Under the pieces are notes generated by a model. It was not told where the DNA came from and made no database searches. It worked only from the letters and a program-made list of their open reading frames with translations. Source: Spirulina sp. (GTDB taxonomy: Bacteria > Cyanobacteriota > Cyanobacteriia > Phormidesmidales > Phormidesmidaceae). From it: a stretch of DNA of 32,169 nucleotides. Where the stretch lies: positions 1 to 32,169 of the forward strand of contig JBIPSI010000044.1 in the NCBI GenBank assembly GCA_044070495.1. The letters run 5' to 3'. Positions 9,806-18,092 of the stretch are shown here, one piece after another; the first letter of the stretch is position 1; every line of letters begins with the position of its first letter. The position numbers and the translations under genes are program-made.

Positions 9806-10147
9806 ATGCAATCGAGTGAAAGTGGCAACCGCAAAATCCTCTCTGCCGTCAGCCACGGAGCAATCTTTTTTAGCACCTTTGTACTTTCTATTGGGGTACC
9901 CATCGCCATCTATATCCTCTCGAATGATGCGGTGGTCAAAGACAGCGCCCGAGAGTCCATTAACTTCCACTTCAACGTTTGGCTATACAGCATTGTCTTC
10001 GGTTTCTTAACCCTGCTGCTGATTGGTTGGCCCCTGCTGGGCATTCTATGGATTGCACAGTTGGTATTGCCCATTATGGCCATTGTCCACAGCTTCAAGC
10101 AGCCGAACACGGTCTTCCGCTATCCCTTCATCTTCCGATTGTTTTAG
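9806..10147 (+). CDS. DUF4870 membrane protein
   Basis: 113 aa, hydrophobic segments, VKDSARESINF and FRYPFIFRL motifs. AGGAG RBS. Confidence 0.85.
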   Translation: MQSSESGNRKILSAVSHGAIFFSTFVLSIGVPIAIYILSNDAVVKDSARESINFHFNVWLYSIVFGFLTLLLIGWPLLGILWIAQLVLPIMAIVHSFKQPNTVFRYPFIFRLF

Positions 10148-10326
10148 CGACGCTTGAAGACTTCTAAAACCTAAAGTACAAGGACAAAACTTGAACGAGC
10201 AGAGAGCTAGAGCTGAAGGGGATTTGACAAACTGAAAGGAGAGGAGGTGAGCTAGGAATGACCACACCCCTACCATCGACCTCCTCATGAACGAGATTAC
10301 CCGAATTCAAGCCGCTCTGCGACCCC

Positions 10327-10476
10327 AACACTCGCCATCAACGGGTGAAATATTTTCAACGCAACGAAGCTGGACTTTAGGTGCTGCGCTACCACACCGA
10401 CGGTGAGTTCACCTTGGACAGGCTAACGTTCTCAGCGCCGTTGGCTGCCCTCTACGAAGATGTTGATCTAGGTTAG
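10327..10476 (+). pseudogene. Uma2 (DUF820) endonuclease C-terminal remnant
   Basis: Reads NTRHQRVKYFQRNEAGL*VLRYHTDGEFTLDRLTFSAPLAALYEDVDLG*, a Uma2-like tail with TAG (10378) where Trp is expected. Confidence 0.65.
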
Positions 10477-10483
10477 GACGCCT

Positions 10484-10501
10484 GCGCCCCCATGGGGGCG
10501 C
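10484..10501. other. perfect 18-bp palindrome between convergent units, possible terminator hairpin
   Basis: GCGCCCCCATGGGGGCGC; no clear U-tract. Confidence 0.45.
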
Positions 10502-10592
10502 GGATCTAAGTTACGAGTATTTTGCCTGTGGCCGTTCCTAAGACGTGTGCCCAGTTAGTGGGGTGCTGGGGTACAGCATCAAAATTAGGTGA

Positions 10593-11027
10593 TTAGGCCC
10601 CCGGTTCCACAACGATCCATTGATCTTCCGCTGCACGGCGTAGGTAGAGGCTGAAGGGACGATTTTGGCGCTGCTGCCCCCAGGCGAGGCCACCGCCCTT
10701 GAGGTGATAGGTGCCGTCTATTTTTACGGTGGGTTGGTTATTCATCGTGATCCAACGGTGTCCGGTGACATGGATGCCGCTGGCCTGGGGGAAGTCCTGG
10801 GCCTCGGCGGCAAGGTTTAACGATTGCTGAAGGGCGACCTGGGTTTGGGTCACTTTTTGAGCCACGGCCTCCGCTACCACCGACCGAGGCGGCCCAGGAT
10901 TTACCAGGGCGCACCCCCACAGCCCCACCCACAACACCACCAGCAGCCCCACCCTGAGGATGGGCCGCAGAATGGCGAGGCGAGGAAAATGGGAAAGAGA
11001 CGGCAACGGGAGCATCAAAGTACCCAT
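10593..11027 (-). CDS. hypothetical protein, putative lipoprotein
   Basis: Hydrophobic stretch ending LWGC (lipobox-like), divergent from the lysozyme gene. Confidence 0.7.
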   Translation of the reverse strand: MGTLMLPLPSLSHFPRLAILRPILRVGLLVVLWVGLWGCALVNPGPPRSVVAEAVAQKVTQTQVALQQSLNLAAEAQDFPQASGIHVTGHRWITMNNQPTVKIDGTYHLKGGGLAWGQQRQNRPFSLYLRRAAEDQWIVVEPGA

Positions 11028-11103
11028 GGTTCGATGGTCGGGGCGGGCAGAACGGTCTAAATACGCAGTCTAAATCCTATGTTAGGCCCCAGCGTCCTCC
11101 TAG

Positions 11104-11922
11104 ATGCGCACGGGCTTTTCTCAATGCGCTAGTATTAGCGGTGTTTCGTTCCGTAGCGGCTTCCCTGTGACCCCTTTTTCCTCCCACGGTACCCCACCAC
11201 AGCCCTTGCCCCGTCGTCGTGGACGACGCCGCAAAAAACGTCAACAGGGATCGGTCACGATTACGCTGCTGTTTCTGGTTCTACTAGGCGGGCTGGGGTT
11301 GCGAGCGATTCCCACCCCCTCCCTACGTAAAATTCAGGAGGTGGTGTGGGTCAGCCATCCCGAACCCCTGGCTATGGAGGGGGGCGATCCCTACATCCGG
11401 GCGCTGATGCGTACCATTTCCGCCGCCGAGTCGAACACGAGTTATCCCTACACGGTTCTCTACGGGGGAGAATCCTTTGCCCCTGAAAATCGCCACCCCA
11501 ATATCTGTGTTCCCATCACCGCTGGGCCAAATACGGGGGACTGCACCACCGCCGCTGGTCGATACCAGTTTCTCACCCAAACCTGGGAGGAAAAGGCCGA
11601 AAAATACCATCCCCGCCCGCCCTCCTGGTATGAAGTCTGGGGGGAGTACAGCTTTGACCCAGAGTCCCAGGATTTGGTGGTGTATCAATGGCTGAAGGAT
11701 GAAAATGCCTGGGGGTTTGACCTGTCTACCGCCCTGCGCGAGGATCGTTTAGATGACGTGCTGCGTCGCCTCTCCGGCACCTGGACAAGCCTCGGCTACG
11801 GGATTGAATCCAACACCATGACGGCCCGCTTGCCCCGGATCTATCGCAACTTGCTGGCGGAGGAATTGGAAAATGCCTCCGCTAGCAACGCGCCCAACGA
11901 GGCCGAGAACAACCCGCTGTAA
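11104..11922 (+). CDS. membrane-anchored lambda-type lysozyme / lytic transglycosylase (GH24/GH104-like)
   Basis: RALMRTISAAES, TTAAGRYQFL, FDPESQD and WTSL motifs. N-terminal Arg/Lys run followed by a TM helix. Confidence 0.85.
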   Translation: MRTGFSQCASISGVSFRSGFPVTPFSSHGTPPQPLPRRRGRRRKKRQQGSVTITLLFLVLLGGLGLRAIPTPSLRKIQEVVWVSHPEPLAMEGGDPYIRALMRTISAAESNTSYPYTVLYGGESFAPENRHPNICVPITAGPNTGDCTTAAGRYQFLTQTWEEKAEKYHPRPPSWYEVWGEYSFDPESQDLVVYQWLKDENAWGFDLSTALREDRLDDVLRRLSGTWTSLGYGIESNTMTARLPRIYRNLLAEELENASASNAPNEAENNPL

Positions 11923-12095
11923 CCGATCTAGGGTTGGCTGGCAAAAGAGTCTGCACCGGGCACAGCAACCACACCCCCCGCCATCGAGATTATGTAGAGG
12001 CCAGGTTTCCTGACCCATGGGCGGATCTGGGTTCTGGCAAGGTTTGTCAGTCAACGGGGTCACCAAGCTCTAAGGGTAAGCCAGCGCTCGCCCCC

Positions 12096-12692
12096 CTAAA
12101 ATTCCTTGGCAATAGCCCACACCTCATCGGGGGAGTCCACGCGAAAGGCGTTGATTCCGGCTGCTTTTGCGGCTTCCACATTGCGGGCACCGTCATCAAA
12201 AAAAGCGATGGTGTTGGCGTTGGTTTTGAGGTGTGTAATCACGTAATCAAATATCTGAGAGCTAGGCTTCATTTGGCCCAATTGGTAGGACAGAAAAAGT
12301 TGATCAAAGCCGCTAAAAAAGTTGTAGTTCTGGCTAAGCTTTTGGTGGTGGGCAGGATTGGTGTTGGATAGCAGGGACAGGTGAAAGCGGGTTTTGAGAT
12401 CCTGTAAAACCTCCTGGCACCGGGGCATGGGGGCCTGCACCAGTTCCAGGAACTCCCGCTGAAACAGGGCGGGATCGAGGCCTAGGGCAAACTCCTGCAA
12501 AAAAGCCGCCGTAAACTGGTCAAAATCCGTGTGGCCCGATTCAAAGTCTACGGTGCTGGTGGCCGTCACCCAGAGGTGATGCAGTTCTGGCAGGGGCAGA
12601 GAACGGTTCAGGAGTGCCTCCATACGTTCCCGCCACTGCAACTCCACCAGCACCCCACCCATGTCCAACACAATGTGCGTAATCATAGCCAC
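12096..12692 (-). CDS. HAD-superfamily phosphatase (YihX-like)
   Basis: LDMGGVL, LSNT, MKP and FFDD motifs. Confidence 0.9.
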   Translation of the reverse strand: MAMITHIVLDMGGVLVELQWRERMEALLNRSLPLPELHHLWVTATSTVDFESGHTDFDQFTAAFLQEFALGLDPALFQREFLELVQAPMPRCQEVLQDLKTRFHLSLLSNTNPAHHQKLSQNYNFFSGFDQLFLSYQLGQMKPSSQIFDYVITHLKTNANTIAFFDDGARNVEAAKAAGINAFRVDSPDEVWAIAKEF

Positions 12693-13011
12693 CCATTCAT
12701 TTACGGTTTATTGACGATTCACCTTTTCCACTGTAGCCCCAGACAGGGCAGGTATCGTTTTATCAAGGAAGTTGAATTTTCATCAACGCTGCAACGGAGC
12801 TTAATCGGTCGTTAGACGGTCTGAAATCTAGATGCCGTGGCCCTTAGACCCACTCCCTAGGGCATTGGACGGGCTTGAGAGTCATTCTCTCGCAACGATA
12901 GTTCACAGCAGGGCATCCCAAAGTTCGATAGGCTGAAGACATCGATAACCAACGGCCCAAAACGCTACGCCTTGGGCTTTCCTATCCATACGTTTTGTAG
13001 GTCAAACCGCC

Positions 13012-13539
13012 ATGAGTACGCTATCAAACCCCAGCTTGAAATCGATCAATTGGTTCGGGGTCGTTCTGTTTTCCTTAATGTTTTGGTTTAGCGCCAGTTT
13101 GCTAATGGATTTTGTGGTCATGCCCGGTTTGTTTGTCACCGGGATGATGAGCCAGCCCGACTTTGGTACCGCTGGGTATTCCCTATTTTGGGTGTTTAAC
13201 CGCCTAGAGTTGGTGTGTGGGGCGCTGCTGTTGACTGGGCTGCTGGTCACGCACCAAGGCCGCACTGATCAGACAGTGATGGATAGCGGCATTCGCAGCC
13301 GTTGGGCCATTGAACTCGCCATGGGTCTACTGGCGATTGTCCTGGTGTTTACCTACGCCCTGACCCCCGCCATGGGTGCCCTCGGGGTGTCCCTCAACGC
13401 CTTTGAACCCGCCGCCGTGCCCGCTGGTATGGATCAACTGCACCTGCTGTACTTTGGCCTAGAAGCCCTCAAGCTCATCGGCTGTGGCTTGCTGCTCAAG
13501 CTTTACTTCCACGACCTCCAGGTATCTGGCGAAGCCTAG
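13012..13539 (+). CDS. DUF4149-like membrane protein
   Basis: About four hydrophobic helices; FWVFNRLE and MDQLH motifs. Confidence 0.7.
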   Translation: MSTLSNPSLKSINWFGVVLFSLMFWFSASLLMDFVVMPGLFVTGMMSQPDFGTAGYSLFWVFNRLELVCGALLLTGLLVTHQGRTDQTVMDSGIRSRWAIELAMGLLAIVLVFTYALTPAMGALGVSLNAFEPAAVPAGMDQLHLLYFGLEALKLIGCGLLLKLYFHDLQVSGEA

Positions 13540-13607
13540 CCTTACGGCGGTTCTGCCCTTGGGCCTAAACATCGGTGAATCTGGGTTATTGAACCTGGGT
13601 TCGCCGA

Positions 13608-14510
13608 TTACGGCTGGGTTTGGATGGTCAGAATATGGTGCTGGATAAACTGGCGCAGGTGGCGATCAAAGTCTGCCCCCGTTTGGGGGATTAGATCGTT
13701 GTGATCGGCGTTGGGCACAAGCCAGAGATCCTTGGGGGCGGGGGTGGCCTGATAAAGGATTTGGCCCATGGTGGCGGGCACGGAGGAATCGGCTAACCCA
13801 TGAATATATAGCGTAGGCAGCGCCAGGTAGGGCACTTTCGCTAAGGACTCGAACTGCTGGGTCAGAATCCGCCGCACCGGGAACCAAGGATTGTAGGCAG
13901 AGCGTGCGGCCATGTCGCCCATGGAGGTGAAGGATCCCTCCACCACCAGACCCGCTAGATCGGGGCAGCGGTGGGCTAGATCGATGGCAATGGCCCCCCC
14001 TAGGGAATGTCCGTAGGCAATCAGGTGGTGGGGAGAAACGTCTTTTTCGTGGATGAGAAATTGATAGGCCGCAAAGGCATCTTCGTACAGGCGGTGCTCG
14101 GAGGGAAACGGGCCAGAACTGCGGCCATAGCCCCGGTAATCAAAGGTGAGGACGGAAATACCGAGGGCATGGAGGCGCTGCACGGGGCCAATGTTGTTGG
14201 AGATATTCCCCGAATTACCGTGTAGGTATAAAACCGTCAGTTCAGGGTGGTCTCCTGTGGGCATCCACCATCCGTGCAGTTGCCCCCCTTCGCCTTGGCC
14301 CTGCACCGGAATCCAAACCTCTTGGTAGGGAATGCCCCAATCCGCTGGAGTGGTAGCCCCCAAGGGCGTCGGCAGATACATCATGCGGCGCTGAATCAGC
14401 CATAGCCACCCGCATAGCGCCAGATAGCCCAGGCTAGCCACGCCCAAACCACTCAGGAAAAGCTTAAACAAAGACATAGCAAAGGGCCAGGTAGATGCGA
14501 GGGTAAGCAT
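13608..14510 (-). CDS. alpha/beta hydrolase (ABHD13/Bem46-like), membrane anchored
   Basis: YLHGNSGN, DYRGYGRS, GHSLGG, HGLAD and ADHND motifs. Confidence 0.92.
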   Translation of the reverse strand: MLTLASTWPFAMSLFKLFLSGLGVASLGYLALCGWLWLIQRRMMYLPTPLGATTPADWGIPYQEVWIPVQGQGEGGQLHGWWMPTGDHPELTVLYLHGNSGNISNNIGPVQRLHALGISVLTFDYRGYGRSSGPFPSEHRLYEDAFAAYQFLIHEKDVSPHHLIAYGHSLGGAIAIDLAHRCPDLAGLVVEGSFTSMGDMAARSAYNPWFPVRRILTQQFESLAKVPYLALPTLYIHGLADSSVPATMGQILYQATPAPKDLWLVPNADHNDLIPQTGADFDRHLRQFIQHHILTIQTQP

Positions 14511-14701
14511 GGCAGCGGGGTCTATCCTCTGCGTGGGAACGGCAGGCGATCAGGGGAGTTGAGAAAGGCCGTCTGCCTAGGCGTCGGGCTGTTGCCGACA
14601 CGGATCGGGAGCTAGATGTCCTAAGCATTATGGCGGGGTTCCGTAGTTTTCCCATCATCTAGTGTGACGCTTTTTCCTCGGCACTGACGTTATTCATCGT
14701 T

Positions 14702-14763
14702 GCCATAGATAGGGGCCATGGATAGCGCCATGGATAGGGCCATGGATAGGGCCATGGATAGGG
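14702..14763. repeat. 12-bp tandem repeat (GCCATGGATAGG), about 5 imperfect units
   Basis: Directly visible in the intergenic sequence. Confidence 0.9.
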
Positions 14764-14843
14764 TTCAAGGCATCCTCGATAGAACGGAACCTAGAATGGT
14801 CGCCGCCCTGACTTTTTCTGGGATGGGTTTTCCTTGGGAAGAG

Positions 14844-14866
14844 TATGATAGTGATAACGGTTATCA
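14844..14866 (+). promoter_or_regulatory. -10-like TATGAT followed by a Zur/Fur-family box
   Basis: TATGAT at 14844..14849. Perfect 7-1-7 palindrome TGATAAC-G-GTTATCA at 14852..14866, 20 nt before the metal ABC ATPase start. Confidence 0.75.
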
Positions 14867-14886
14867 TTTTGGCGGTTGTGGCAATC

Positions 14887-15630
14887 ATGCTAGAGGTACA
14901 AGACCTATCCGTCCACTATCGAGGTGTGCTGGCGCTGCGGGAGGTGTCCATTGCCCTGGCCCCTGGGGAGTTGGTGGGGCTGGTGGGGCCAAATGGGGCC
15001 GGAAAAAGTACCTTTATTAAGGCGCTCCTGGGCCTCGTCCCCTACCAGGGAAGGGTGTCCTTCCAGGGGGTGCCCCTGCGGCGGCGGCGGCGGGCTGTGG
15101 CCTATTTGCCCCAGCGTTCACGCATTGATTGGGACTACCCCATTACCGCCTGGAATGTGGCCCTGATGACCCAATCGGCCCTGGCGGGCTGGCTGAAATC
15201 CCCCAGTGCCCAGGCTAAGCAGCGGGTAACCGTGGCCCTAGAGCGGGTCGATATGCTTCACCTGGCGGATCGGCCCATTGGCGAACTCTCTGGGGGCCAG
15301 CAACAGCGGGTGTTTCTGGCCCGTGCCCTCGCCCAGGATGCGGATCTGCTCCTGCTTGACGAACCCTTCACCGCCATTGACAAAAAAACCGAGGCCCTGA
15401 TGCTGGGCATTTTTGCCGAACTCAAAGCCCAGGGCAAAACCCTGGTGGTATGCAGCCACGAGTGGGGCGAGGCCCTCAACCGCTATGATCGCCTGCTGCT
15501 GCTCAACCAAACCCTGCTGGCCAACGATGTGCCCCAGGCCGTGATGACCTTCGAGAATATCCAGCGGGCCTATGGGCAAGGCTTGCTCCCCGACCTAGCG
15601 CCGCCCCCCTATGCTCAGTTTTTCTGCTAA
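14887..15630 (+). CDS. Zn/Mn ABC transporter ATP-binding subunit (ZnuC/MntA-like)
   Basis: GPNGAGKST, YLPQRSRIDWDYP, LSGGQQQRVFLARAL, LLLDEP. Start re-placed at MLEVQ because the longer ORF runs through the operator. Confidence 0.92.
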   Translation: MLEVQDLSVHYRGVLALREVSIALAPGELVGLVGPNGAGKSTFIKALLGLVPYQGRVSFQGVPLRRRRRAVAYLPQRSRIDWDYPITAWNVALMTQSALAGWLKSPSAQAKQRVTVALERVDMLHLADRPIGELSGGQQQRVFLARALAQDADLLLLDEPFTAIDKKTEALMLGIFAELKAQGKTLVVCSHEWGEALNRYDRLLLLNQTLLANDVPQAVMTFENIQRAYGQGLLPDLAPPPYAQFFC

Positions 15631-15798
15631 AGGCACATCCGGGACGGGACTCCCAGCCCTCCACCGATAGCCCCACCAAGCCCGTCCAGGGGCCTGCACT
15701 ATTCCATACCCCGCCACCTTAGAACATACGGATGTTTTATCCGCTGCCCCTCGCTACACTAGGGTATTGGAGTACATCAGTATTGTCGGGGGATTGCC

Positions 15799-16269
15799 AT
15801 GGAACGGGTCTGGCAGCGGGCCTGTTGTTGGGGTTTGGGGTTGAGTGTTGTGGCTAGCCTAGGATGCAGCGATCCATCCGTATCCCCGCCCCCGCGCACC
15901 TTTAATCTCTACCAAGACTGGGCCTTGCAGCCCGGTGATAAATTAGCGGGTTACGAGGTGCACAGCGGCCTAGGGGATGTGGCCATTGATCTGGGTGGCA
16001 ATCGTCTTTATATGCCCTTCGATGGCCAGGTGCAGCGGGCGGCGGGTAACGAGGATCGCTGCCTCGTGGTATCTAGTCCTGACGTGCCCGCCTATCTGTT
16101 TCGGCTGTGTGGGGTCACCCAGGCCCAAATCGGTGATCGCCGTCGGGGGGATGGGATTGGTCGAGGATCTATCGTGGCCTTTGCCGCCATGCGTCGTCAG
16201 GCCGATGGCACCTGGGCCATGGTAGAGCCCGCCAAGGATCTAATCGCTCAATTCCTCAACGAACCCTAG
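15799..16269 (+). CDS. hypothetical lipoprotein
   Basis: Signal-like N-terminus with SLGC lipobox; clean 156-aa ORF. Confidence 0.7.
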   Translation: MERVWQRACCWGLGLSVVASLGCSDPSVSPPPRTFNLYQDWALQPGDKLAGYEVHSGLGDVAIDLGGNRLYMPFDGQVQRAAGNEDRCLVVSSPDVPAYLFRLCGVTQAQIGDRRRGDGIGRGSIVAFAAMRRQADGTWAMVEPAKDLIAQFLNEP

Positions 16270-16325
16270 TCCTCCAAGGAGACCCTAGTCTTCCAAGGAG
16301 ACTAAGGAGATCGACTAAGGAGATC
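16263..16325. repeat. two short tandem duplications (2x19 bp, then 2x13 bp)
   Basis: ACCCTAGTC(C/T)TCCAAGGAG twice, then GACTAAGGAGATC twice. Confidence 0.85.
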
Positions 16326-16566
16326 ACAACCATGCTCTTTTGCTGTGATCTAGCCCATCCCTGCGGGAAGCAAGCTACACCTTATATCCCTCTCCCAATC
16401 TTTCTCTCCCAACGGGGGCTACCGCCTCTGCATCAGTCTCTACCCAAGCCAGCTTCAGTTGACTTCAGCAGACTTCTGCAATGGGCCAGGGAGGTCACTC
16501 CCTGGAGGTTGTGGCCGAGCAGCCCTAGCCCCAAAGCCTTGAACTTCGAGTTCAAGGCTCACAGCC

Positions 16567-16725
16567 GAAATCCTCCGATTCTATGACGGCATTGGCCTGT
16601 GGACGGATGGGCGCTGGTGCGGCAACCTCGTTTTGGCCAACGTCAAGGGCGTCAAGGAACCCTGGGTGGTCATCACCGATGAACTACCGTCCCTCAAGAC
16701 GATGCAGTCCATGCGCTGCCAATTC
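16567..16725 (+). pseudogene. internal fragment of an IS4-like DDE transposase
   Basis: EILRFYDGIGLWTDGRWCGNLVLANVKGVKEPWVVITDELPSLKT resembles the EPW-x-x-x-TD segment preceding the Y-x-x-R...E motif of IS4-type transposases. No start codon or element ends seen. Confidence 0.6.
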
Positions 16726-16790
16726 CCCCCTTGGGAGGCCGCCTAAAGATGTGTCAGGTAGTCAGCTATGCCCCTTGCCGTGGATCATCC

Positions 16791-17300
16791 CTAGTCTCCA
16801 AGATTGATCGGTGTCTTCATGCGGGTTAGACGCTCATGGCTGAGCAACCACTGCTTATGCTCAAGGCCGCCGCCATATCCCGTCAACTTACCCTTGGCTC
16901 CAATGACGCGATGACAGGGCACGATGATCGACACTGGATTGCGTCCATTGGCTAGGCCAACTGCACGGGATGCCTTGGGTTGTCCAAGGTGCTGGGCTAA
17001 CTCGCCATAGGACATGGTGGTGCCGTAGGGAATGGTTTTGAGCGCGTCCCAAACCCGCCTCTGAAAGTCTGTGCCTTGCATCCGTAGCGGCAGGTCAAAC
17101 TCGGTTAACGTGCCTGCAAAATACGCCGTTAGTTGTTGCTTGGTGGCCGGGAAGGGGTCAACGGAATCATCTTCTAGCCAATCGTTTTGGGCTTTTGGGT
17201 CATGCTTTTCAGAGACCAGGTAAAGCCCCATCAGGGCTTGCCCATCGGAGACGAGCCGTAGGGCTTGAATGGGACTTTGATAAATGGTGAAGTAAATCAT
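16791..17300 (-). CDS. ogt: methylated-DNA--protein-cysteine methyltransferase
   Basis: [24 protein letters not shown]. Start re-placed at MIYFT (169 aa). Confidence 0.95.
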   Translation of the reverse strand: MIYFTIYQSPIQALRLVSDGQALMGLYLVSEKHDPKAQNDWLEDDSVDPFPATKQQLTAYFAGTLTEFDLPLRMQGTDFQRRVWDALKTIPYGTTMSYGELAQHLGQPKASRAVGLANGRNPVSIIVPCHRVIGAKGKLTGYGGGLEHKQWLLSHERLTRMKTPINLGD

Positions 17301-17325
17301 GGGCAGACGATTTCCGATCCCCGAT

Positions 17326-17973
17326 CTATGAGTCCACGGGATGCTGACCATAATAGGGCACCACTTCGGCCCAGGGGGGTCTTTGGCCAGCCAGCCATGC
17401 TTGATGGGCAAGGGAGAGGACTTGGGCCACGGTGGGGGCAAGGTCATCGGTGGCGGTGACGGTCTGGATGGGGCCAGGGAATTGGGCGAGGGTCTGTTCC
17501 CAAGTGGCGGGGGAAACCACTTGTTCCGCTTGCAGGGTTTTGAGTCCGGTAGGAGTGGGTTGGTAGATGGCGGTGAAGCGCATCTCCCGCTGGGCTTTGA
17601 GGTCGATGGCCAGGGCTGGGGCGGTGGTGAGGTCAACATCGGGGGTTTGATCCACCACGGACTGGGCTAGGGCGGCGAGACTGGAGACCCCAAACAGCGG
17701 AATATTCAACTGCTGGGCCAGGGTGCGGGCGGTGACCACGCCGATGCGGGTGCCCGTAAATCCCCCAGGGCCACTGGCTACGGCCAAAAAGGATAAATCT
17801 GCCCAGGCGTAGGGCTGGATAAAGTCTGCCAGGGTGGTGTGCAGGTGCATGGAAAGGTCGCGGCCAAAGTTCCAAGTCTGGGCGCGGCTGATCTGTTCAA
17901 AGTCACTGAGCGCCAAGCCCAGGGCCGGACTGGAGGTGTGGAGGGCCAAACCTAGCATAGGGAAACGGGTCAC
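17326..17973 (-). CDS. tsaB: tRNA threonylcarbamoyladenosine biosynthesis protein TsaB
   Basis: [30 protein letters not shown]. Alternative ATG at 17958. Confidence 0.93.
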   Translation of the reverse strand: MTRFPMLGLALHTSSPALGLALSDFEQISRAQTWNFGRDLSMHLHTTLADFIQPYAWADLSFLAVASGPGGFTGTRIGVVTARTLAQQLNIPLFGVSSLAALAQSVVDQTPDVDLTTAPALAIDLKAQREMRFTAIYQPTPTGLKTLQAEQVVSPATWEQTLAQFPGPIQTVTATDDLAPTVAQVLSLAHQAWLAGQRPPWAEVVPYYGQHPVDS

Positions 17974-18092
17974 GGGTGGGGACGATGCCCCCGGTCGTCG
18001 CCATCATGCCATAGATTCAGAGGCTATCGATGGAACCTGCGAGGAAGCGTTGCCCCCTCGGTGACGGAGATCTAGCCCCAAGGATTGGGGGG

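Noticed and set aside
11104..11922. Prophage
   Set aside because: No holin, structural, integrase or replication genes nearby.
12876..12890. Fur-family box TGAGAGTCATTCTCT upstream of the DUF4149-like gene
   Set aside because: Two departures from symmetry and no supporting metal-related context.
16332..16807. Two small + strand ORFs
   Set aside because: No motifs. The region holds a transposase fragment in another frame and looks degenerate.
17301..17639. Pro-rich N-terminal extension of Ogt
   Set aside because: Alternate frame of tsaB; the real start is probably 17300.
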